Part shown: positions 27,151-37,849 of the stretch, in pieces | How the letters are laid out: the number at the start of each line of letters is the position of its first letter | Position numbering within the stretch: the stretch's first letter is position 1 | From: Lingula anatina | Lineage: Eukaryota > Animalia > Brachiopoda | Length of the DNA stretch: 64,000 nt | Direction of reading: 5' to 3' | Assembly (NCBI GenBank): GCA_051362555.1 | Contig: CM120643.1 | Span: 2,108,001 to 2,172,000 of the forward strand | Notes under the pieces: model-generated | Databases searched by the model: none | Told to the model about the DNA's origin: nothing | Seen by the model: only the letters and a program-made list of their open reading frames with translations | Program-made: the position numbers and the translations under genes

Positions 27151-27539
27151 TAGTTATTTTTAAAGGGATTTAAACTAGTTGCATGCATAACTTATTAATG
27201 TTGAAATTTAGAAAATGCAATAAAAAGTCTTACCTTCAAACAAGGCCTTTGCTAGATCTTGGATGGCCTTCCATCCCACCACTCCCTTTGGTCCTGCAAA
27301 AATATAACAATAATAATAAGAAGAAGAAGAAGAGTAAATTTAAATAAAAGATTGATAGATGAAGAAAAAAAAGTTTCACAAATAATTTCTCAAAATAGAG
27401 CATGTTTGTATTTATGTTTCTTATTTACCAAAAACAAAAATTAAGTTATGTTAATATTGTAAACTCACTGGTTGCTCTGTGCTCTGTGTATCATGGGTAG
27501 GGTCGTGACCAGCCACTTCCTCCTCTTGTGGCACATCAC
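23980..27539 (-). pseudogene. Decayed multi-exon fragment of a transposon-like gene (resembles C-terminal part of DUF6729-type proteins)
   Basis: Exon-like pieces with canonical splice signals: 27539-27469; 27293-27234 (GPKGVVGWKAIQDLAKALFE); 26885-26771 (RAMVGASAGPATAVDVS..RLMSQTNIQLYEINAT); 24768-~24500 (WNDRQKGLEKMVLMQGLPPP, in-frame stop, Pro-rich); 24151-~23980. Phases do not all join. Family call is from recalled motif similarity only. Confidence 0.5.
24844..26592 (+). mobile_element. Helentron/HINE-type non-autonomous element, short copy
   Basis: Same 5' end (AACAAGGCAGCAAAGCTGTCAAATG) and 3' end (CATCTGTGTCTGTACATAAAA) as 32765-37645; two ~160-bp core units; microsatellite and left arm of the terminal hairpin are deleted. 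Confidence 0.8.
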
Positions 27540-28436
27540 CTGGAAATGAGAATAAATATGCCCTATTTTATGACCTTTGACTTTAAAGATGTTTTCTGTG
27601 ATAAGCATGAGCATGCATGGAATATTACCCATCAGCCAATCAGCACATGTGAAGCAATGAAGATCCCAATTCAATCTGATTCTGCTCAAGCCTTCTACAC
27701 TCGCCGTCAACTCTTTATTCTCACAAAACTTTGCTAAGTTTCGTAATCATTTCCATCTCATTAATGCATTTTTTTCTCTCAATAATAAGCAATCGACGCC
27801 AGAGGTTATGAAGTGAGTAGGCAGCAAAACTCATATCTGCCTGTATAGTTTGAACATAAAACACTAAGAGCTTAAATATTTAAATAATATTCCCTACCTT
27901 TGATCTTACCGTATTTCTAGAAGGTTCATCAATTTTCGCAAATAAGTCGCTCTATTTTTGTAATTGTATGATTATTTTAATTTAAGTAATTGTGTTTACC
28001 TGATATTTACTCATGAAACCTATTGCAAGAGAGTTAAGGAATTTTATAATGTACGGTCATACTCCAGAAAAACGTTTTGATTTTCAGTATTTCAGCGCAG
28101 TAATGGGCACCCGGTTCAATTATATAATGTGCCTAATACATCGCCTCTGTTATATAATATAACACCTAGTACTATAAACAGCCCAATTCAACCTGTCTCT
28201 GTTCGGGCCTTCTACACCCGTAGTCACCTCCTAATTCTCACATAATTTGATAACAGTCTTTATCGTTTCCACCTAATTAATGTACATTTTCTCTCAATAT
28301 TATTACAATAAATGATGTACTTGAAATCTTAAAGATCAGTATCATGTGCCGTATTAAGTCATATAGCTACCTGTTACTATGCTAACCTGTTTGTGGTAAT
28401 GGAGAAATTTACATTTAACAAGGTATCGGTGTAATA

Positions 28437-29150
28437 CTGGAGTACCAGGTATAGCATCAGATAGCCCACGTCCACGGTAGATATCTATAGGACACCTGGA
28501 GTACCAGGTATAGCATCAGAGAGCCCATACCCACGGTAGATATCTACAGGACACCTGGAATACCAGGTATAACATCAGATAGCCCATGTCCACGGTAGAT
28601 ATCTATAGGACACCTGGAGTACCAGGTATAGCATCAGATAGCCCATGTCCACGGTAGATATCTATAGGACACCTGGAGTACCAGGTATAGCATCAGATAG
28701 CCCATGTCCACGGTAGATATCTATAGGACACCTGGAGTACCAGGTATAGTATCAGATAGCCCATGTCCACGGTAGATATCTATAGGACACCTGGAATACC
28801 AGGTATAACATCAGATAGCCCATGTCCACGGTAAATATCTATAGGGCACCTGGAGTACCAGGTATAGCATCAGATAGCCCATGTCCACGGTAGATATCTA
28901 TAGGACACCTGGAGTACCAGGTATAACATCAGATAGCCCATTTCCACGGTAGATATCTATAGGACACCTGGAGTACCAGGTATAATATTAGATAGCCCAT
29001 GTCCACGGTAGATATCTATAGGACACCTGGAGTACCAGGTATAACATCAGATAGCCCATGTCCACGGTAGATATCTATAGGACACCTGGAGTACCAGGTA
29101 TATCATCAGGTACCCCGTGTCCACGGTAAATGTCTATAGGGCACCTGGAG
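28437..29150 (+). repeat. 59-bp minisatellite, 12 copies
   Basis: Unit CTGGAGTACCAGGTATAGCATCAGATAGCCCATGTCCACGGTAGATATCTATAGGACAC with period 59 (28437, 28496 ... 29145); no spacers. Confidence 0.97.
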
Positions 29151-29171
29151 AAAATGAGGCTATCTAGGTGA

Positions 29172-29215
29172 ATATCGCTGATGAAGATGTTCTGCTAGAC
29201 ATCGAAAGTTAGAGG
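29172..29215 (+). ncRNA. Decayed minimal hammerhead ribozyme core (Penelope-like type I), copy upstream of gene 2
   Basis: CTGATGA 29178-29184, extra A, stem II GATGT/ACATC, GAAA 29204-29207; stems I and III imperfect. Confidence 0.55.
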
Positions 29216-29439
29216 TAAAATCAATTTCAATGTTAAGCTGTTGACCAAAGAAAAATTGCCTCATTCTTATAACATAACACAGTTGATGAAATTCTTCTCT
29301 GGAGTAGGTGTTGTTTTGATTTCACCAGCTGTTATCTAACCTCGCTCAAGGTTTGTGGGAAGACGACAGCCACATCATTAACTACCGCAATACGTGTGCG
29401 CCATCTTAGCCATTTTATAATGTCATTTAGTTTCAGCTC

Positions 29440-29970
29440 TATTGATGACGTGTGCAATATCACGGCAGCTTTCTCTCCACCCCTATCATTTGACATAGAA
29501 CAGGTGAGTAGGGAGGCGGAGAAAGGCTGTATGATTTTTTAGTCAGTGAAAATATGATTCTCTTATCAGTAGCTTCTTAAAAGAAGTGCCTTTTTATTCC
29601 ATAATCTGACTGAAGTTGTTCATGTTTTTGTTGTCAAGCAAAGAAGACCACCAGCCTCAGCCTAAGGCATTCCTTTCAATAAAATCATTAATTATGTTGT
29701 CTTTCATATGTTCTGTACTATACCGCGACTACCATATCTATCTTTAAAATGTCTCGACTTCTGTATGGATACAAATGAACAATTCAAAAATAAAAATGCT
29801 AACTCTTTTCCATACATTAAAACTTAAGAAAAGTTATAATATAGGGACACGTGTGGAAATCAATTATGTTAAAAAATTCGATGACGTCAACATTAATATT
29901 CATCTAAACGCCTATTGGTAGTTTCTATTCCACCTCAGTAGAAATTAAATGAGCTTGAGAACTATAAAAG
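29440..29970 (+). promoter_or_regulatory. Promoter of gene copy 2
   Basis: GATGACGTGT (29444), CACGTG (29848), TGACGTCA (29882), ATTGG (29914) and TATAAAA (29962); all conserved in order upstream of copy 3. Confidence 0.7.
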
Positions 29971-30009
29971 TCCCTACACCGACGACAGGTGAGATATCTA
30001 GTTACCGAC

Positions 30010-30178
30010 ATGATGGATCGACACCTTATTTCCCTGGCCGTGGCCATACTGCTGGTCTCTGTTGGGCCTGGCACGATGGTAGATGCCGCACTCACTCCTG
30101 ATGAGATTGAAGACGGGCTAGCACCATACGAAGGCAACACCGCACATATACCAGTATCTGGCCAATACAGCCTTGACA
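30010..30178 (+). CDS. Exon 1 (signal peptide plus acidic linker) of secreted single-VWD-like protein, copy 2
   Basis: MMDRHLISLAVAILLVSVGPGTMVDAALTPDEIEDGLAPYEGNTAHIPVSGQYSLD; phase-1 donor GTAAGT at 30179. Confidence 0.85.
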
Positions 30179-30579
30179 GTAAGTAGACATAACTAATATT
30201 GATAGAGTGTGAGCGTGATGGCTGACAAGAAAACCAACGTACATTTCTCTCGCTACATCACTTTTTGCCGTCATTGCGACGAGACATTGGATGACAATGC
30301 TACTGTAAAATATTCGCTATATTATGTAAATGAACCATCATATCTTTGGTTATTATGGTCATAAGGGTGTATCCTGTAGGCATTGATCTGATACTTTCAA
30401 AGTATCAAACGTGAGTGCAAGTAGTTTAAATAGTTTTTTCATACCATAGGTCAAATACTTCAAGGAGTTCGTGTTTACATGTATGTTGGGCGGAATAGAA
30501 AGCAAAAGAGTGACTAGACTTGTTGGCACCCTTCGCGTTTATTGTATTGTCCAAAGCTTGAAACTCTCTGTTCTCTTAG

Positions 30580-30825
30580 TTAGGAATAGCACGTGTTGGG
30601 GACGAGGTGATGTACGTCCGTACGCTGGACGGTCTGAAGTTCCCCTACAACACCCCTATTACTAGACTTGGCGTTATGGTCATGCCTTGGATGTTTCTTC
30701 CTTGGTGGGTGGTTACGACCCAAGAATTGTTTGATGGAGGTCCAAAAACGCGCATCGATGAAGTCTACGTTAAGTGTTCAGGCGAATACTTTAGGGCTGA
30801 ATTAGGTCCAACTGTGGCATTATGG
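30580..30825 (+). pseudogene. Exon 2 of single-VWD-like protein copy 2, carrying a 2-bp deletion (frameshift)
   Basis: Acceptor TTCTCTTAG| at 30579 and donor GTGAGT at 30826. IRNSTCWGRGDVR then GTACGT-CCGTACG where copy 3 has GTACGT-TA-CCGTACA; spliced frame stops at 30663-30665. The shifted frame continues RTLDGLKFPYNTP...LFDGGPKTRIDEVYVKCSGEY. Confidence 0.82.
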
Positions 30826-31065
30826 GTGAGTCTTTTTCCCAATATAGTTTTCATTCCAGTGAACACATTTTGCATTAAGCTGCATAATATGTGCACCGTA
30901 TCCACTGATGTTCCTTTCTGTCTCTCTCGTCAGGAATTTTATGCACAAAAATTTAGAGCTATGACAATAGTATTTTGTTTACTATGCACATGCATATTGT
31001 TCTCAATACTAATTGATGTATTCCATTGTGCTATACTAACATGGTTCTTTGCATTTTGTTTCCAG

Positions 31066-31362
31066 CATTGGGCCGGGGCAGGGTGGGTTCCAATTCCACC
31101 ACCTTTCGACTTTGCCGGAGGAGCTGTTACCGTGGGTTTTTTTGCGGCCAGCGGTTACAGTATATCTTGTCATGCCGTTCCAATGACTGTTTATGTCGCT
31201 CTGCACTCTGTTTGGATAACCATGACCCCCTTACACTCCGCCGCTAATTTAGGAATACGTGGTATTTGCGGAGACTACAATGGCTTTCCACAAAACGACT
31301 TTTTTATTCTACAGCCGCTTGTCCTTCCGCCATGGAAACCTCTCTTAGTACCTGTACCTTAA
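31066..31362 (+). CDS. Exon 3 of single-VWD-like protein copy 2
   Basis: Acceptor TTTTGTTTCCAG| at 31065; HWAGAGW...GIRGICGDYNGFPQNDFF...PVP*. G-x-CG-x-YNG-x3-NDF is the VWD C-terminal signature. Confidence 0.85.
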   Translation, partial: HWAGAGWVPIPPPFDFAGGAVTVGFFAASGYSISCHAVPMTVYVALHSVWITMTPLHSAANLGIRGICGDYNGFPQNDFFILQPLVLPPWKPLLVPVP

Positions 31363-31458
31363 TAAAGATAATCAAAACATGGACACTGACAAGGGTAAAC
31401 GAGACTTGAATACGTACGGACAAACAAAACACGAAGGTAAACACAGACAACTAACTGG

Positions 31459-31690
31459 ACTGAATTCCATAAGGATGCCGACAATGAGTTCTGAAAATGG
31501 GAAACGCAAACTGCAGTTTCACTTCTCTTTCTTTATTTACATTATTGATGATTGGGCTATATGGTAAGGATTTTAGTTTACTATATTTAGTGGCTTTCGA
31601 TGCAGATAATTCTCCGATAACTGAATTCCATAAGAATACGGACAATTAGGACTGAAAATGGGGAACGCATACTGCAGTTTCACTTATTTT
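31459..31690 (+). repeat. Internal duplication (~70-bp cores, ~161 bp apart) in the 3' region of copy 2; also present after copy 3
   Basis: ACTGAATTCCATAAG..GACAAT..CTGAAAATGGG.AACGCA.ACTGCAGTTTCACTT at 31459 and 31620; counterparts near 50455 and 50619. Confidence 0.8.
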
Positions 31691-32947
31691 TTAAATTTTA
31701 TTGAACATTATATATGTAGGATTTGGATTTCAGTTTACCATTTAGAAACTTGTTCAGGTAACTTTGTCGCTGACGTATTCTGTATTTATTCAATTTTAAC
31801 AGTAGACAGTAAACATGGTGCTTAAGGTCAGATTTTTTTGTGAAGACATGTGGCTGTGTATTTATTTCGTGTATTATTTTTGATGGTATTTTTGATGTAA
31901 CGTAAACGTCAGTACTATCTTTCCGGGTACATAGTTAAGATTGACATTTACCCAACAAACAAATCCGACATATTTGTGTTTTGATAGAGATATTTAGAGA
32001 TGCTAATTGCAAATTACAAATACCAGTAACGAGTGAATAATGATATTAATGTATGGGTGTTTTCATTTCCATCATGTTGCTTTGCTTCATTCTTAATTTA
32101 GATATTTCTGTAAACTATTTTTCGCTTCTATTAGTATGGTTGTTCAGTTTTCTAAAATGGCTATTTAATTTAATTATAAAATACATTCTTAATAGTTAAT
32201 AAGAAATCAATTCTATTTTGATTGTGCATTTTTAATCCGAGTGGACTTTATTAATATTCAAATATATTCATATATGTTAGAGGCAATAATTGTAGAATTC
32301 AACATATTACAACGAACGGTCTATAATTATGCGATTTATATCAATTATGGCTCTTAGCTTTGCTTCTGAATAAAGGGTGAAAAAGATTACTGTATATTTA
32401 TTGTCTTTGTTTGATAATATTTGAATGGTTAAGAAGCCATACAGTAGTGTTAGAATGATAGAAATGCTAACTATCCTTTACATTATCAAGCAAACTGTCC
32501 TTCAGAGACGCCGCCAAAGCTCTGATTACCAAAATGACCATAAGCCACCGGGTCAAAAACAGTATTTTAAAACTTCTAATAAAAAGCGATATATACGTGG
32601 GTCAAAGGAACCCCGTAGGGTTAAATGTTGCCATTCGTGGATATCCCAGGGAAATGTTGGCACAGTGGCAGGGTCCAAAGGTTCAAAATTATGTGGCTTG
32701 GGGCTCACAGAGGTCCATATCCTTAACCATTTTACTGGTGCATCCGCCAATGCCCTGAATAATTAACAAGGCAGCAAAGCTGTCAAATGTACAGACAAAA
32801 ACCAGAAAATAAAAACGCAGGAAATAGGATACTGTCAATTCTGATGAACTAATGTATTATGCTTACTGTAACTGCATAGCCAACATCAAATTCTAATTCT
32901 GCATAACATTGGATTAGGATGAAAGTTAAATGCGTATCAAGCATTAG

Positions 32948-33173
32948 ACTGAGTTCCCATACCTAGATCAATCTAACAGGATCAATCCAACTCCAAGGGG
33001 TTTCTCACTAAATTGCTTTCAGCTTGAGAGTCTTAGGATTCTGGCATGCCAGTTTCAGTAGACGTGACAGACAGCTAAGCCACTTACATTGATTGCAATT
33101 TAGCGAGAATTCCCATGGAGATAGATCGATCCACAGTTAGTATGATAGGGTCTGGAAATAGTCCCTAAGGTGT
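32948..33173. mobile_element. Small fold-back MITE nested in the HINE
   Basis: Imperfect ~70-bp inverted arms (32948-33016 vs 33095-33173); absent from the short HINE copy; related fragments near 23051 and 47617. Confidence 0.6.
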
Positions 33174-34151
33174 CAGGCTGATAAGAGTTAAACTTTGGAA
33201 ATGCCAGAATGAGGTACAGTGAAAATTACACAAAAAATTGCTTAAACTCATTAAAAAAATATATATCTATACATATATATATAATTTATTATTTTTTGGG
33301 GGGGCTGTATGTCAATCCTAAGAATCATTCTTGACTCCTAAGAATCATTAACTTAACAAAATACAGAAAATGTTACAAAGTAAGAGTACAGGGCTCCTGG
33401 CAGATGGGAGTGATAAGTCACAACTTGAAAATGCCAGTATAGCACTCTATAAACCTGCATTGCTTTCAAAACAGAAAACAATCACACTGGTTTTCAAACA
33501 CAAGCTGCACTTCTGTCTTATGAAACTTTTCAGTAAGTTTCAGTATCGTAGGTAACATGGTTTTGCCTTAATCGCTATCCTGGCAGCAGTGTCCAAAATA
33601 GGGTTTTCTTCAACTTTCATGCAATAAAACATAATACTTAACAGCATAATGACCATCAAATTTTTTATAAAAAATAAAAATAAAAGTATCATGAATATTC
33701 AGAAAATGTGATTTGGGAAGGTCTTCAAGGCCATGGAAGTTCAGAGTCACACTTTCAAAATGCCAAAACGTAAACAAGAGATAACTGTACTGAAATGATT
33801 TTCTTTCCATTTTCAACACCTTCTTTAAAACAAAATAATCAATAAACTGTCATTTTTAAATATTCAACTAGGAAAATTGTTGACATAGGAAAAATATCAA
33901 TAGAACAATTTTCAATGTCCAATTTGCTCCATTTGCAGATGCTGAACATAGTGAACGATTAAATCTGACAAACTGCAATGATGAGTTCCTTTCCATTCAT
34001 GATACTTTATTACACAATGCACAATAACAGGTTTACCGTCATTTTTATATAATCAACTAACAATATTGTTAAGAAGCAGAAAATGTCAAAACAACACTTT
34101 TACATATCTTATTAGTTCCATAATGAGACTGTTAACATGCCTAAGAATTAA

Positions 34152-35182
34152 CCCTCAAGTGACCGAGTGGGGTCATTTACGACCCCAGCCATATGATTTA
34201 ATGTGCCATCTCTTTATTTTTTATTCGAATTTTCTTCCCTTGCATGAGTTTGTCAGTCTACTTTTCCTACACACTTTCACAGTTTTTTGTAGGGATCAAC
34301 CAATTAGTGTGGCGTATACATCAAAAACTCTTGTGGGGTCATTTATGACCCCAAAGCGAAGCATTTGTTTTTACATATTAGTTTTAAAATTTTATTCAAA
34401 TGTTTTGCCCAAGCAACACTGACAGGCAAATGTCACATGCATGTGCTTCATGCAACCAGCCAGTGTGCCCAAAACAGGCACAAATAAGTGGTTTGTGAAG
34501 ATTGTGCTTGAAGTGTTACTAATAGTGCATCGCTGAATCTAATTTCAGTACTTTTGTTGGAACTTGTTCTCATAACTGGGTCTCTCATTTTGACGGTTAC
34601 AATTTTCGGGTATTTCTGAAATCTAAATAATTCTGTCAATATCATATTATACATATATTAACAAATTGTTTGTGTGGATTTTGTTTCATACACAGCTGGT
34701 GTAGTAACATACATGTAGGTTGATTGAATGTGTTCTGAGTAGTACGACTTCCTTACCAGCATTAGGGTATTCCCTACTCAGCAAGTCAGCTAATTATTCT
34801 TATTGAAGTTAGCAGGATGCTATCTCAACATAAATCAAAATATTTTTACTCAAAGTAATTTTGTAATGTACTTTTTTCATTTAGTGTGGCAAATAAAAAG
34901 AGAAATATTTCTGCAAGTGGAAACTGACAATGACTGTCTAAATGCCGGTGTATGTTGTTCTTAAAATCTGTGCTTGGTTATTTCATGCAATAAAAGTATT
35001 ATTAACAAATACTTATTACTTTAGATCATTATAAAATACTTGTCTTAAATCCTGGGAGTAGTATAGGTGTGATAAACCCTCAACAGCCTTTTATAATAAG
35101 GATCCCTGTACAGAGCACAATGGGGTCATAGATGACCCCACTTGGTCATTTCAGTCAGTAAAATAGCTTGGTCTCTTGAGGG
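34152..35182. mobile_element. piggyBac-type non-autonomous element nested in the HINE
   Basis: TTAA duplication (34148-51 and 35183-86); TIR CCCTCAAGTGACCGAG / CTTGGTCTCTTGAGGG; subterminal GGGGTCA..GACCCC palindromes near 34169, 34335 and 35122; flanks rejoin to match homologous sites near 26075 and 36740. Confidence 0.9.
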
Positions 35183-37559
35183 TTAAATCTGAAGAAATAA
35201 CAATTATATACAAAAATACAGAAAATGCACAGCACTTCTGGTGGATGGGAGTTAAAAATCACATCTTGAAGATGCTAGTGTTTGAAAAATAATTTAAAAA
35301 AAATTTTAATAAAACGTAAAAAATTCCAATAAAGCTGCTATTCAAACTTTTAATCTAGCTGTATTAACTTGATATTAATAACCCCACCAAGTTTGAGAAA
35401 AATAAAGCACTGTTATTCATCTATAGCATGTTGGCATAACACATTTTTTGTTGTAAATTTATTTGCAATGTTAAACACCATTTATCTGCATAATTATCAC
35501 CAAATCCTAATTTTGTGACACAGTTAACAGAGCTAAACCTATGGGACTTTACAGGGAAATCTCAAGGAGTGTTTTATGTAATCTCATTTAATGGCCAATA
35601 GAAAATTAATTACTAGGCAAGACTTTATAGACCTTAATTTAATTAGGGATCACCCAAGGGACAATTTCATACAGTACCATCATATAGCACAAAGGTGTTA
35701 TAGGTGTTGCATACATGCTGAAAAAAGTGAAAAAAACAGCATAACTACCCTAAAAATGACCCGATCATGCTGATTTTCAAACTTGACCTGCGTATTATAA
35801 ATATTCATTAGTTCTGCAAGTTTCAAGCCAAAAGGTAAAATGGTTTTCCACTTATCATGTTATCAGTGTTGCATATGTGCTGAAAAAAGTGAAAAACAGC
35901 ATAACTTCCTTAAAAATGACCCGATCATGCTGATTTTCAAACTTGACCTGCGTATTATGAATATTCATCAGTTCTGTAAGTTTGAAACCAAAAGGTAAAA
36001 TGGTTTTCCACTTATCGTGTTATCGGTGCTGCATATATGCTAAAAAAAGTGAAAAAAAAAACAGCATAACTAACCTAAAAATGACCCAATCATGCTGATT
36101 TACAAACTTGACCTGCGTATTATGAATATTCATTAGTTCTGCAAGTTTCAAGCAAAAAGGTAAAATGATTTTTCACTTATCATGTTATCAGTGTTGTATA
36201 TATGCTGAAAAAAGTGAAAAACAGCATAACTTCCATAAAAATGACCCGATCATGCTGATTTTCGAACTTGACCTGCGTATTATGAATATTCAGCAGTTCT
36301 GTAGGTTTCAAGGCAAAATGTAAAATGGTTTTCCACTTATCGTGTTATCGGTGCTGCATACATGCTGAAACAAGACAGCACTGTTCTGCAATGGGTTTAC
36401 TTCTATTTTTAAAACCCTTTTTTAACATAAAACAAAATAAACAGTTTACTACCATTTGTATATGATCAACTAAGAAAATTGATGAGATGGGAAAAATATC
36501 AATAGAACAGTGTTAAATGTCCAATTTCCTCCATTCTGAGATTCTGAAGATAGTAGATGATTGAATCTGACAAACTGCAATGATATGAGTTTATTTCCAT
36601 TTTTGACACTTTATAACATAATACACAATAACAAGTTTATCATCATTTTTACATAATCAACTAACAATGTTATAAAGATGCAGGAAATGTCAAACAAACA
36701 CTTTTACATATCTTATTAGTTCAATAATGAGACTGTTAACATGCCTAACAATTGAATCTGAGGAAATGTGAAAAAACAGCATAACTTCTAAAATAATGGC
36801 CCGATTATGCTGATTTTCGCACTCATCCTATGTTTTAGTAAGATTGACCAGTCCTGTTAGTATAATGACAATTTCCCCATCTGTTTTTCTTATATTGTGT
36901 TATCAGTGCTGCATATATGCTGAAAAAAGTGAAAAAACAGCATAACTTCCCTAAAAATGGCCCGATCATGCTGATTTTCGAACTTGACCTGCGTATTATG
37001 AATATTCATCAGTTCTGTAAGTTTCAAGCGAAAAGGTAAAACGGTTTTTCACTTATTGTGTTATCGGTGTTGCATATATGCTGAAAAAAGTGAAAAAACA
37101 GCATAACTTCCATAAAATTGACCCGATAGCTCTGATTTTCGAACTTGACCTGCGTATTATGAATATTCATCAGTTCTGTAAGTTTCAAGCCAAAAGGTAA
37201 AATGGTATTTCACTTATCGTGTTATCGGTGTTGCATATATGCTGAAAAAAGTGAAAAAACAGCGTAACTTCCCTAAAAATGACCCGATCATGCTGATTTT
37301 CGAACTTGACCTGCGGATTATGAATATTCATCAGTTTTGTAAGTTTCAAGCCCAAAATTAAATTGGTTTTCCACTTATCGTGTTATCAGTGCTGCATATA
37401 TGCTGAAAAAAGTGAAAAAACAGCATAACTTCCCTAAAATTGAACCGATAATGCTGATTTTCGAACTTGACCTGCGTATTATGAATATTCATCAGTTCTG
37501 TAAGTTTCAAGCCAAAAGCAAAAACGGTTTTCCACTTATCGTGTTATCGGTAAAAGTGC

Positions 37560-37592
<33 letters not shown>

Positions 37593-37849
37593 ACAGACGC
37601 AGATGACGGCTATATGTACAGACACATCTGTGTCTGTACATAAAAAGGGTTTCTTGTGATCTATTTAGCCTCAAGAATAAAAGGTAGCAAACCAAACGCT
37701 TCATCCCTGATGGATTACTGCGTAATATTTTCTTGTAACTTTGAGAGACGTAATAAAGCAACATAGTTTTGCTTTAGTTATTGCATTCCGTTTCTTCTGA
37801 AGATTGTAATTACTGTTTAGGAAGTAAGGTACAACATGCATATGTTAAA

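Larger units (their letters stand above)
27660..32764 (+). repeat. Segmental duplication block B containing gene copy 2 (paralogous to ~46530-51934 containing copy 3)
   Basis: Continuous co-linear similarity through upstream region, promoter, exons, introns and 3' region. Homology resumes after the HINE insertion (37655 vs 51953). Confidence 0.93.
32765..37645 (+). mobile_element. Helentron/HINE-type non-autonomous element, long copy, with internal 161-bp arrays
   Basis: 5' AACAAG; arrays at 35704-36370 and 36900-37560 (4+4 units, period 160-165); (GACGGCGAC)n microsatellite at 37562-37593; 14-bp perfect hairpin TATGTACAGACACA/TGTGTCTGTACATA (37613-37642) then AAAA; absent from the paralogous site after gene 3; no TSD. 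Confidence 0.85.

Noticed and set aside
28437-29150. Regular palindromic repeats as a CRISPR array
   Set aside because: Units are head-to-tail with no unique spacers, there are no cas genes, and the context is eukaryotic.
30607-31362. 251-aa single-exon ORF with hydrophobic (membrane-like) middle
   Set aside because: The middle is intron 2 (30826-31065, 240 nt, GT-AG), which happens to be stop-free. The homologous intron in copy 3 contains stops.
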